Positions 37,473 through 46,265 of a DNA stretch of 59,447 nt are shown here, in pieces. This DNA is from Elusimicrobiota bacterium (GTDB lineage: Bacteria > Elusimicrobiota > Elusimicrobia > Elusimicrobiales > UBA9959). Below the pieces are notes generated by a model. It made no database searches. It was not told where the DNA came from and worked only from the letters and a program-made list of their open reading frames with translations. The translations under genes were made by a program, and so were the position numbers. Numbering within the stretch: position 1 is the stretch's first letter; every line of letters starts with the position of its first letter. The stretch is taken from assembly GCA_029267355.1 (NCBI GenBank), contig JAJUJA010000005.1, positions 1-59,447 of the forward strand, read 5' to 3'.

Positions 37473-39008
37473 TCAAAGCATCTTGAATAGAGAGACGGTG
37501 GAAGTTTTGCCCTTCAGGCCTGTATCGGCAAGAAAAACAAATCTTTCTCTGAAGGTTTTTTCGATTACCGCATTGAGAAAGTCCCGGCTTGCAATCACAT
37601 CGCAGGCAAAGTCTTTCGTTTTTCCCTCTATTCTGGCCGCAACATTTACAGTATCGCCTATGAAGGTATATTCAAGCCTTGAGGGCGTGCCGACATTTCC
37701 GGCTACAAGAGTGCCTGCATGCAGGCCTATGCCGAAGGCGACATCAAAGGGATACTTTTTAAGCGAATTGAATTTTTTAAGAGCTTCCCGCATTGCAATT
37801 GAACAATTAACCGCCGCATCGGCGTAATTTTCGCAGCCCAGAGTCGGCGAGAATACGCACATTATCCCGTCTCCCATAAACTTGCTGACTATGCCCCTGT
37901 TTTCTATTACCGGCGGAGTTATGTATGAAAAATAATCGTTCAGGAAAGCCACCAGGTCCCTGGGAGACATTTTTTCGCTTATACCGGTGAAGTTTCTTAT
38001 ATCGCAAAACATCACGGCCGATTTTATTTCGTCACCGCCGAGGTTTACCTTGCCTTTTTTTACAAGCTCTCTGGCTATTTCTATTGACAGATATTTTCCG
38101 AATGTGGAATAAAGGTATTCTCTTTCCTTAAGGCCTTCAAGCATAAAATTAAAGCCGGCTTTTATTTTTCCTATCTCATCATTGAAATAAACCCTGGTCC
38201 TTGCCTCATAATCCCCGTTAGAAGCCCTTTTCATTTTCTCGGCGAGAATATCAAGTGGTTTTTGCAGGCCGTGGAATATGCTGGTAAGTCCGGTAAACAG
38301 AAACATTATGAAAAACAAAACGGCGGAATTTATATCTCCGCTGTACTTGGCAAGAGGAACATCCGCCTTAAGCGCCAAAAAAAGCATAATAAAAGGCAGG
38401 ACAGCGCAGGAAATTACAAGAGCCATAAGCTTATAAAAAAAAGGCACAGTTTTTCCCATTCTCGGCAGGTAAAGCTCGTTCTTGTCATAAAGCTGAAGCA
38501 TCAGGTCATCTATTCTGTAAAGAGTTGAATCCACATAGGGAAGTATGAATCCAAGCTGAACGATAAAGGAAAACAAAACGGCCGGAAACATGGTTTTCCA
38601 GAATGATAATCCCGCCGCATCAAAGCGAAGCCAGTAAAAAAACTCAAACAAAAAAAGGGATAAGACATAAAAGTAGATGAAAGAGAAATTGATATTTTCT
38701 ATTTTTTTTCTCAATCTCAGTTTCAGGCTCTCATCAGGGTTTTTCAAGTATTTCCTGAAATCAGAAAACCACACATAGGCGGCTATAGCCATGAAAGGAA
38801 CGGCTCCAAAGGCCGCCCCTCCGGCTTTGCCGATAAGTATTTCAAGATTTTCACCAGAAAGGCCTGTGTAACCGGAAAAGGTTATCAAAAAAAATTTTGA
38901 GAAACTCTCGTTTATTGCATAAACCAGGAAAAGCAGAAAACCGATGCCGTAAAGCTTTTGCAGCTGCTTTTTGGCTTTTTCATTGAGAATAATTTCATTG
39001 TCTTTCAT
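37473..39008 (-). CDS. Membrane-bound class III adenylate/guanylate cyclase with HAMP domain
   Basis: About 6 TM helices, HAMP (DEIG..FN.M), FCDIRNFT, KFMGDG, GDTVNVAARIE. The longer start (39029) overlaps the tRNA, so ATG 39008 is used. Confidence 0.9.
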   Translation of the reverse strand: MKDNEIILNEKAKKQLQKLYGIGFLLFLVYAINESFSKFFLITFSGYTGLSGENLEILIGKAGGAAFGAVPFMAIAAYVWFSDFRKYLKNPDESLKLRLRKKIENINFSFIYFYVLSLFLFEFFYWLRFDAAGLSFWKTMFPAVLFSFIVQLGFILPYVDSTLYRIDDLMLQLYDKNELYLPRMGKTVPFFYKLMALVISCAVLPFIMLFLALKADVPLAKYSGDINSAVLFFIMFLFTGLTSIFHGLQKPLDILAEKMKRASNGDYEARTRVYFNDEIGKIKAGFNFMLEGLKEREYLYSTFGKYLSIEIARELVKKGKVNLGGDEIKSAVMFCDIRNFTGISEKMSPRDLVAFLNDYFSYITPPVIENRGIVSKFMGDGIMCVFSPTLGCENYADAAVNCSIAMREALKKFNSLKKYPFDVAFGIGLHAGTLVAGNVGTPSRLEYTFIGDTVNVAARIEGKTKDFACDVIASRDFLNAVIEKTFRERFVFLADTGLKGKTSTVSLFKML

Positions 39009-39020
39009 ATAAAACAAAAC

Positions 39021-39092
39021 TGCGCCCATCGAGAATCGAACTCGAATCTACGGCTTCGCAGGCCGGCGCTCTATCCATTGAGCTATGGGCGC
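39021..39092 (-). tRNA. tRNA-Arg (anticodon GCG), CCA not encoded
   Basis: 72 nt: GCGCCCA/TGGGCGC acceptor, GCTC/GAGC D-stem with TGGATA (A20), loop CTGCGAA, T-arm TCGAG-TTCGATT-CTCGA; C27-U43 mismatch. Confidence 0.93.
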
Positions 39093-39103
39093 GGTCAAAA
39101 CTC

Positions 39104-40732
39104 TTACTTCTCCGCCATGAACGGATACTTATAGTCGCAGGGCGGAACAAAGTTTTCCTTAACAGCCCTTGGAGAAGTCCATCTTATGAGGTTGAGATAG
39201 CTTCCGGCCTTGTCATTTGTGCCGCTGGCTCTGGCGCCGCCGAAAGGCTGCTGACCCACCACAGCGCCTGTGGGTTTGTCATTGATGTAGAAGTTTCCGG
39301 CTGAATTCTCAAGGGCGTCCATGGCCTTTATTATAGCCGTCCTGTCCTGCGAGAAAATCGCTCCGGTCAGGGCATAAGGCGAGGTTGCATCGCAAATCTC
39401 CAGCGTTTCCTCAAACTTGGAATCTTTGTAGATATAGACGGTTATCACAGGGCCGAATATTTCCTCGCGCATGGTCTTAAAATCAGGCTTCATGGCCTCT
39501 ATGAGAGTGGGTTCTATGAAATAGCCCTGGGAATCATCGCATTTGCCGCCGGCCAAGATTTTTGCGTCGGAAGAAGAAGCGGCATAGTCTATGTAATTCT
39601 TTATGTTCTGGTAGGCGGACTTGTCTATCACGGCGTTCACAAAATTGCTGAAATCTTCAGCCGGTCCCATTTTGAGGCCTTTGATCTGGCTTATGAGCTC
39701 GTCCTTTATCTCTTTCCATACGCTTTCAGGTATATAAGCCCTTGAAGCAGCAGAACATTTCTGGCCCTGATATTCAAAAGCTCCTCTGACTATGGCTGTT
39801 ATAAGCGCCTTCCTGTCAGCTGAAGGATGGGCGAAAATAAAATCTTTGCCGCCTGTTTCGCCGACTATTCTCGGATAGCCTTTATAGTTGTCGAGATTTT
39901 TAACTATTGTAGACCACATGCCGTTGAACACCCCTGTTGAGCCGGTAAAATGAAGCCCCATAAAATCGGGGCTGTTCAGGGCTGGATTGCCGACATCTCC
40001 GCCTGAGCCGGGAACCATATTTATGACCCCATCAGGAAGGCCGGCCGCCTGCCAGAGCTTCATAAGGAAATAAGCCGAATAAACGGCGGTTGAAGCCGGT
40101 TTCCACAGCACCGTATTGCCCATTATGGCCGGCGAAGTCGGCAAATTGCCGGCTATTGAAGTGAAGTTAAACGGAGTGACTGCAAAGACGAAGCCTTCAA
40201 GAGGCCTGTAATCCATATAGTTCCATGTCGGCCTGGGAGAATAAGGCTGATTTGAATAGATTTGCTGAGCAAAATAAGTGTTAAAACGGTAAAAATCCAC
40301 AAGTTCGCAGGCGGAATCTATTTCGGCCTGAAAGGGATTCTTGGACTGGCCGAGCATTGTGGCCGCATTCAGCGTTTGTCTCATAGGCCCGGCAAGAAGC
40401 TCAGCGGCTTTAAGGAAAATGGCCGCTCTTTGCTCAAAAGGCATTTTCGCCCATATCTTTTTCGCCTTTTTGCTTTCTTCAATGGCCATCTCCACCTCTT
40501 TGGCCGAAGCTCTGTGATATCTGCCTATTACTTTTTTGTTTTCATGCGGAATAACTATATCGGAGGTTTTTCCAGTTCTTATTTCCTTGCCTCCTATAAA
40601 AAGCGGTATATCTATTACCTGGGCTCTGAGCTCCTCTATTTTATCTTTTAGCTCCTTTCTCTCAGGCGCGCCGGGCGCATAAGAAAGGACCGGCTCATTT
40701 TGCGGCGTGGGGACTTGAAGAATTGCGTTCAT
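39104..40732 (-). CDS. pruA: L-glutamate gamma-semialdehyde (P5C) dehydrogenase
   Basis: NEPVLSYAPG, PFNFTSI, ETGGKDF, EYQGQKCSA, EEIFGPV, QQPFGG. Confidence 0.94.
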   Translation of the reverse strand: MNAILQVPTPQNEPVLSYAPGAPERKELKDKIEELRAQVIDIPLFIGGKEIRTGKTSDIVIPHENKKVIGRYHRASAKEVEMAIEESKKAKKIWAKMPFEQRAAIFLKAAELLAGPMRQTLNAATMLGQSKNPFQAEIDSACELVDFYRFNTYFAQQIYSNQPYSPRPTWNYMDYRPLEGFVFAVTPFNFTSIAGNLPTSPAIMGNTVLWKPASTAVYSAYFLMKLWQAAGLPDGVINMVPGSGGDVGNPALNSPDFMGLHFTGSTGVFNGMWSTIVKNLDNYKGYPRIVGETGGKDFIFAHPSADRKALITAIVRGAFEYQGQKCSAASRAYIPESVWKEIKDELISQIKGLKMGPAEDFSNFVNAVIDKSAYQNIKNYIDYAASSSDAKILAGGKCDDSQGYFIEPTLIEAMKPDFKTMREEIFGPVITVYIYKDSKFEETLEICDATSPYALTGAIFSQDRTAIIKAMDALENSAGNFYINDKPTGAVVGQQPFGGARASGTNDKAGSYLNLIRWTSPRAVKENFVPPCDYKYPFMAEK

Positions 40733-40831
40733 TTTAACCTCCGAAATTCGGCCATTGGGCCGTAAAATTGTTCAATATAATTATAACAAGTTAGGGGAGA
40801 TCAAAAAAGCCGAATAATTACTTGTCAGGTT

Positions 40832-42604
40832 TCAAATGCCCAAAAGTTTCTTCCACCAGGTTTTTTCAACAGCAGGCTCCATCTCCTTCTTTTCCGTCTC
40901 CCTGTAAACTGGCAGTGAAAAGGTAAAAACGGCGCCTTTGCCCGGCTCGCTTTGAACGGTTATATTGCCCCCCTGCATTACAACCATGGCCTTGGTTATA
41001 GCCAGTCCAAGTCCTGTTCCGCCGGCTTTTTCGCCTGAAGCCGCCTGAACGAACTTATCAAAAATTTTGCCTATCTCCTCTTTTTTGATTCCGCATCCGC
41101 TGTCTTTAACGGAAAAGAAAACGAAATTTGACAGGGCGTCTTTCCCTCTGTAAGCGTAAATCTCTATTTTACCGCCTGACGGAGTAAATTTCAATGAATT
41201 GGACAGCAAATTTATTACGATCTGTTCCGACCTTCTCTTATCGCAATATACAGCCGGCAAATTCTCCTCAAATGAGACTGATATAGGCACCTGTTTTGAC
41301 TGAGACCAGGCCCTCATGGACTCCGAAGCGCCTTTTATTATTTCTTCCGGCCTGTTTTCCATAAGGCTGAAAGTCATTTTCCCGGATTGAAGCTTGGAAA
41401 AATCAAGTATGTCGCTTATTATGGAATTAAGCCTTTCAGAATTTCTTATGGCCGTTTTTATCATATTATCCACTGAAGGCGCCAAACTTTCTCTTGAAAC
41501 AAGGTCCAGAGCCATTTTGATGGATGTAAGCGGGGATCGAAGTTCATGCGTCATAGTTGATATAAAGTCATCCTTGAGTTTGTCCAATTCCTGAAGCTTT
41601 GCTATATCCGTAGGCAGAGAGATGGTACCTACTATTTTGCCGTCCTCGTTCTTTATTAAAGCGGTTGAATTTTTTATCGTCTTTGACAGATCTTCCTTGC
41701 CTTTAATGCTCACATTCTGTTCAACCTTTCTGTCCTCGGGACTTTTAAGCTCATTTGCTATGTTCACTATCTGGCTTTCAAGGTTTGCCACATCAAGTAT
41801 CTTTTTGCCGGCAATCTCACTTAAAGGCCTGCCTGTTATCGCCTGTGCCTGAGGATTCATCATTATCACATGGCCGTCCTTGTCAACCGTCAATATGCCG
41901 TTTGCTATATTGGTTATTACGGCCTGCGTTCTCTCATAGTCGTTTTCAAGTCTTGTTTTTTCTTTTCTTATTTTTTCAACCGCCTGATTTATCCTTGTCT
42001 CAACCTCGCTTCTGAATTTTTCAAACAGAGCATCTATTATCATTTTTTGCTGGGCAGGGTCTTCGGTAAGTTTTGAAACTATTGTTCTTAAGCTTTCTTC
42101 AAAATTTTTTCCGCTTATATCTTTTGAGATATCAGCAGTATTTACGCCAGACTCTTGTGGTTTTGAGCCGGGAGCATCTTTTGACGCCTTCACATAAAGG
42201 GACTTTATCAGCCTTATTTTTTCTATCTCAAAAGTTTTAAGGAATTCCTCGGCGCTTGATTTATGCGAAATTATTTTTGGAAAAGCCACCAGCTCCTTTT
42301 GTGAAACTTCGGGAGAGAAAACTATGCTGTCGCAAGCCGTTTTTTTATAGATATTTGCGAGGGAATTCGGCACTCTGTCCGCGCTTAAAAGCTGCACTCC
42401 GTTAAAAAGAAGCCGCCCCTGCTCCAGAGTAAAAACCAGCTCGTTTATTCCTTCGCTTTGAGCGACTGACTCTATATATTTTTTGGACTCAGCGGAAGCT
42501 TCAATGACCTGCGGATGCCCGCTTGAATAAAGATTGCTTTGAACAATAAGCCTTGTAAAGCTTTTCAAAAAATTTATAAGTTCGGCTCTTGTTTTTTCGT
42601 TCAT
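40832..42604 (-). CDS. Cytoplasmic PAS histidine kinase with uncharacterised N-terminal domain
   Basis: THELRSPLT H-box, NLLSNSLKF, DSGCG, GTGLGL; PAS in the middle; no TM helix. Confidence 0.9.
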   Translation of the reverse strand: MNEKTRAELINFLKSFTRLIVQSNLYSSGHPQVIEASAESKKYIESVAQSEGINELVFTLEQGRLLFNGVQLLSADRVPNSLANIYKKTACDSIVFSPEVSQKELVAFPKIISHKSSAEEFLKTFEIEKIRLIKSLYVKASKDAPGSKPQESGVNTADISKDISGKNFEESLRTIVSKLTEDPAQQKMIIDALFEKFRSEVETRINQAVEKIRKEKTRLENDYERTQAVITNIANGILTVDKDGHVIMMNPQAQAITGRPLSEIAGKKILDVANLESQIVNIANELKSPEDRKVEQNVSIKGKEDLSKTIKNSTALIKNEDGKIVGTISLPTDIAKLQELDKLKDDFISTMTHELRSPLTSIKMALDLVSRESLAPSVDNMIKTAIRNSERLNSIISDILDFSKLQSGKMTFSLMENRPEEIIKGASESMRAWSQSKQVPISVSFEENLPAVYCDKRRSEQIVINLLSNSLKFTPSGGKIEIYAYRGKDALSNFVFFSVKDSGCGIKKEEIGKIFDKFVQAASGEKAGGTGLGLAITKAMVVMQGGNITVQSEPGKGAVFTFSLPVYRETEKKEMEPAVEKTWWKKLLGI

Positions 42605-43899
42605 AGTCTTTCTATATTTGCGCTTTTGAAGCCTCTAAGTCCGTTTCTTGCGTCAAAGATGAGCCGGGCTTTTTTGACAAGGGTTGGATAATCAAAGCTC
42701 GAATGATTTGTAACGATAAGCACGCAATCATAGCGCTCAAGGTTCTTGAAACCTGCGTCCAGATATTTTTTGCCGGCCGCCTTCAATTGCTTTATGTAGG
42801 GGTCATGGTAGAAGACCTTCGCCTTATGTTTGGCTAAAAGGGCAATAATATCCAGCGCGGGGGACTCTCTTTCATCGGAAATGTCCGGCTTATAAGCCGC
42901 TCCCAGCACAAGTATCTTAGCGCCTTTTAGCGTTTTGTTTCTTTCTCCTAGGAGCCGGTAAAGTCTATTAACTATGTATTCGGGCATGGCTGAATTTATA
43001 GCGCCGGCCAGCTCTATGAAGCGCGGCTCAAAATTAAGGGTTTTCATCTTCCAGCCGAGATAATGGGGGTCAAGAGGTATGCAGTGTCCGCCTATACCGG
43101 GGCCTGGATAAAAAGGCATAAAACCGAAGGGCTTTGTCTTTGCGGCCTCTATTATCTCCCAGATATCAAGATTAAGTCTTTCGCACATTAAGGCCATTTC
43201 ATTTATCATCGCGATATTTACGGCCCTGAAAGTATTTTCCAGAAGCTTTACGGTCTCCGCCGCCTCGCATGATGACACCGTAACGACTTTTTCCGCCGCT
43301 ATGGAATAAAGTTTTGAAGCAAGCATAGAGGATTTACTGTCTATGCCGCCGACTATCTTCGGGGTATTTCTTATACCGTACTTTTTATTGCCCGGATCCA
43401 CTCTTTCGGGCGAAAAGGCGAGCCAGAAATCTTTCCCGGCCTTAAGGCCGCTTTGCTCAAGGATCGGACGGACAAGCTCGGTAGTTGTGCCCGGATAGGT
43501 GGTGCTTTCAAGAATTATGAGCATGCCCTTTTTTATGTTTCTAGATAGGGTTCTGCAGGCAGAAACGATATAGGAGACATCAGGGTCTTTGCTTTTCCTT
43601 AAGGGAGTGGGCACGCAAATTATAACAGCATCGGCTTTTTTGAGAGCCGAGAAATCGCTGAAAGCCTTTATTTTCCCCTTTTTGACTAGGGGCGCCAATC
43701 TATCGCTTTTTATGTCTATGACATAGGATTGTCCGCTGTTTACAGAGCGGACTTTTTTTTCATCAGTTTCAAAAGCGTTTACCTCGATGCCGTTTTCGGC
43801 AAATTCTACGCCGAGCGGCATTCCGACATAGCCGAATCCTATAATAGCCACCCTGATATTTTTCTGATAGATCTTCTTTTCAAGTTCCTGTGTCTTCAT
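42601..43899 (-). CDS. Nucleotide-sugar dehydrogenase (UDP-GlcNAc/UDP-ManNAc 6-dehydrogenase family)
   Basis: GFGYVG, CVPTP, ESTTYPGTT, SPER, GGHCIP. Start moved to ATG 43899. Confidence 0.92.
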   Translation of the reverse strand: MKTQELEKKIYQKNIRVAIIGFGYVGMPLGVEFAENGIEVNAFETDEKKVRSVNSGQSYVIDIKSDRLAPLVKKGKIKAFSDFSALKKADAVIICVPTPLRKSKDPDVSYIVSACRTLSRNIKKGMLIILESTTYPGTTTELVRPILEQSGLKAGKDFWLAFSPERVDPGNKKYGIRNTPKIVGGIDSKSSMLASKLYSIAAEKVVTVSSCEAAETVKLLENTFRAVNIAMINEMALMCERLNLDIWEIIEAAKTKPFGFMPFYPGPGIGGHCIPLDPHYLGWKMKTLNFEPRFIELAGAINSAMPEYIVNRLYRLLGERNKTLKGAKILVLGAAYKPDISDERESPALDIIALLAKHKAKVFYHDPYIKQLKAAGKKYLDAGFKNLERYDCVLIVTNHSSFDYPTLVKKARLIFDARNGLRGFKSANIERL

Positions 43900-43967
43900 A
43901 GCATTAATTATATATTTTTTACGGACAAAATAAGCTGTAAAAGCCGGCTTTTTATTATAATATTTCA

Positions 43968-46052
43968 ATGCCTCAATTTTCCCTTAACGCCGACCTGAAA
44001 TATCTCAAAGGAGTAGGTCCTGCGAGAGCCGCGCTTTTGTCTTATCTTGGATTAAAAACAGCAAGAGATTTACTCCGCTATCTGCCTTCAAAATGGAAAG
44101 ACAGGAGAGGCTTGAATGAACCTCTGCCGCATTATGTCGAAAAAGAGTCTGTTTTCAAAGGGAAAGTCATATCTGCCTGTCAGGTCTATACCTCCTCTGC
44201 CGTGCTTGTTTTCAAGGCGCTGCTCAAAGGCGACAAAGGCGAAGCTGAAGCGATTTTTTTCAGAAAAAAAAAAGGCAGATTTGATCCCCTGATACCCTTA
44301 AAAAAAGATTTCACACCTGAAAAAGAATTCTGGCTTATGGGTGAACCTGAACCTGATTTTCTCAAAACCAGGATAAAGGTATCGGAATATTATCCGGCTG
44401 ACAAAGAAAATATTTTTCTGCATGCCGGCTCAATTATTCCTGTGTATCCGTCCACTCAAAAGCTGAGCCAGAAATTTCTCAGAGAGCTTGCCTTCAGGGT
44501 GATAAGCGATTATTTGCCTCTTGAATGCGAATTTTTGCCGCAAGAAATCTTGATAAAAAGAGGATTCCTGCCGGCGCAAGAATCCATAAAAAACATACAT
44601 TTTCCGCCCTCCCTCAACGCTCTTGAAAAAGCCAGAGAAAGGGCCGTTTATGAGGAATTTTTCCTCATGCTTTGCGCCTGGGGCATAAAAAGAGCTCAAA
44701 CGCGGGTTTCAGACAAGGGCCGTATTTACGAAGTTAAAAAAAATCTGCTTTCCCCGTTCAAAAACAGGCTCGGATTTGAATTTACGGCCTCTCAAAAAAA
44801 AGCGATAAATGAGATTTTTTCAGATATGCGCTCAAGCGCGCCGATGTCTAGGCTTTTACAGGGAGATGTCGGCTGCGGCAAGACTGTGGTAGCTTTAAGC
44901 GCGGCCCTGCTGGCCTGCGAAAACGGCCATCAAACCGCCTTTATGGCGCCGACTGAAATTCTGGCAAGACAGCATTATGAAACCATATCCGCATTTTTGA
45001 GCGGACTCAATGTTAGGATTGCGCTTTTGACCTCTTCCATAAAACCGTCCGAACGCGAATTAATAAAAAAACAGGCGCAGGCGGGCGAGATAGACATTCT
45101 CATAGGCACTCATTCTCTGATAGAAAGGGAAATTCTGTTCGAATCTCTGGGGCTTGTTATAATTGATGAGCAGCATAAATTCGGCGTAAGACAAAGAGCC
45201 GCCTTGAGAGGAAAGGGCTTTAATGCTGATATGCTGATAATGACAGCCACTCCGATACCAAGGACCATGGCTTTGTCATTGTACGGAGACCTTGATATCT
45301 CCATAATAAATGAGATGCCTCCCGGAAGAAAGCCGGTAAAGACATATACGGCATCCAGAAGAGAAGCTTTTGAAATGCTTGAAAAGGAAATAAAAGCCGG
45401 CGGGCAGGCCTATGTAGTGCATCCGGCTATAGAGGAAAATGCGGCCGAAATAAGGTCTGTCAAAAAAGAATTTGAGTTTTTTTTAAAAGCTTATCCGCAA
45501 ATAAAAGCCGCTATGGTATACGGCACGATGAAATATTCGCAAAAAGAAGAAGTAATGAGGAAATTTGCCGCCAAAGAGATAAAAGTTCTTTTTGCCACGC
45601 AGGTCGTTGAGGTCGGCATAGACGTTAAAAGCGCGACTATGATGATAATACAAAATGCGGAAAGATTCGGACTCGCCTCGCTGCATCAATTGAGGGGACG
45701 AGTGGGCAGAGGCGAAAGAGAATCGGTATGTATAGCCGTAAGCGAAAACCCCGGACCTTTGGCGTCTGAAAGGCTTAAGGCCTTCTGCCGCTTTTTAGAC
45801 GGCTTTTCCCTGAGCCGGCAGGATGCCATGCTCAGAGGCCACGGCGAAATTTTCGGCGTGAGACAGCATGGAGATATTGAATTTGTTATAGCGGACATAT
45901 ACTCAGACAGAGATATTCTTATGAAGGCATATGAGGATAAACAGGAATTGATGCAAAATGACCCTCTGCTTAAAAATCAGGAAAATGCGCTTTTAAGAAA
46001 AAAAATGCTGGAAATGTACGGGGACAAGCTGAAACTTATAGAAGCGGGCTGA
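43968..46052 (+). CDS. recG: ATP-dependent DNA helicase RecG
   Basis: LKGVGP, QGDVGCGKT, DEQH, TATPIPR, HQLRGRVGRG. Confidence 0.96.
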   Translation: MPQFSLNADLKYLKGVGPARAALLSYLGLKTARDLLRYLPSKWKDRRGLNEPLPHYVEKESVFKGKVISACQVYTSSAVLVFKALLKGDKGEAEAIFFRKKKGRFDPLIPLKKDFTPEKEFWLMGEPEPDFLKTRIKVSEYYPADKENIFLHAGSIIPVYPSTQKLSQKFLRELAFRVISDYLPLECEFLPQEILIKRGFLPAQESIKNIHFPPSLNALEKARERAVYEEFFLMLCAWGIKRAQTRVSDKGRIYEVKKNLLSPFKNRLGFEFTASQKKAINEIFSDMRSSAPMSRLLQGDVGCGKTVVALSAALLACENGHQTAFMAPTEILARQHYETISAFLSGLNVRIALLTSSIKPSERELIKKQAQAGEIDILIGTHSLIEREILFESLGLVIIDEQHKFGVRQRAALRGKGFNADMLIMTATPIPRTMALSLYGDLDISIINEMPPGRKPVKTYTASRREAFEMLEKEIKAGGQAYVVHPAIEENAAEIRSVKKEFEFFLKAYPQIKAAMVYGTMKYSQKEEVMRKFAAKEIKVLFATQVVEVGIDVKSATMMIIQNAERFGLASLHQLRGRVGRGERESVCIAVSENPGPLASERLKAFCRFLDGFSLSRQDAMLRGHGEIFGVRQHGDIEFVIADIYSDRDILMKAYEDKQELMQNDPLLKNQENALLRKKMLEMYGDKLKLIEAG

Positions 46053-46087
46053 TTTGTCACAACAACCATTTCAAAAAATTACAAGGC

Positions 46088-46182
46088 AAAAAAAAATCCA
46101 GCGTCGCACGGCTTAGCATTGTGTCTTGGGGACTATGCTTTGGGGTTTGGGGGTTAGGGGGGCAGCACATGCAACGCTGGAT
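46088..46182 (-). ncRNA. Candidate structured small RNA or long-loop terminator with four C-tracts
   Basis: 13-bp closing stem (46182-46170 with 46108-46096; fully paired with one G-U only on the minus strand) followed by U8. The 61-nt interior has C6, C5, C4, C4 tracts and an inner hairpin. Confidence 0.55.
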
Positions 46183-46265
46183 AAATCTTTCTGTTTTTAG
46201 AGAGCCTCGCTACAGTTATATTCTACAAACAATAACTCAAAAAAAACTCAATTTTATTTCAAAAA

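Noticed and set aside
39009-39029. Longer cyclase start at 39029 given by the ORF track
   Set aside because: That ATG lies inside the 3' end of the tRNA; 39008 is used instead.
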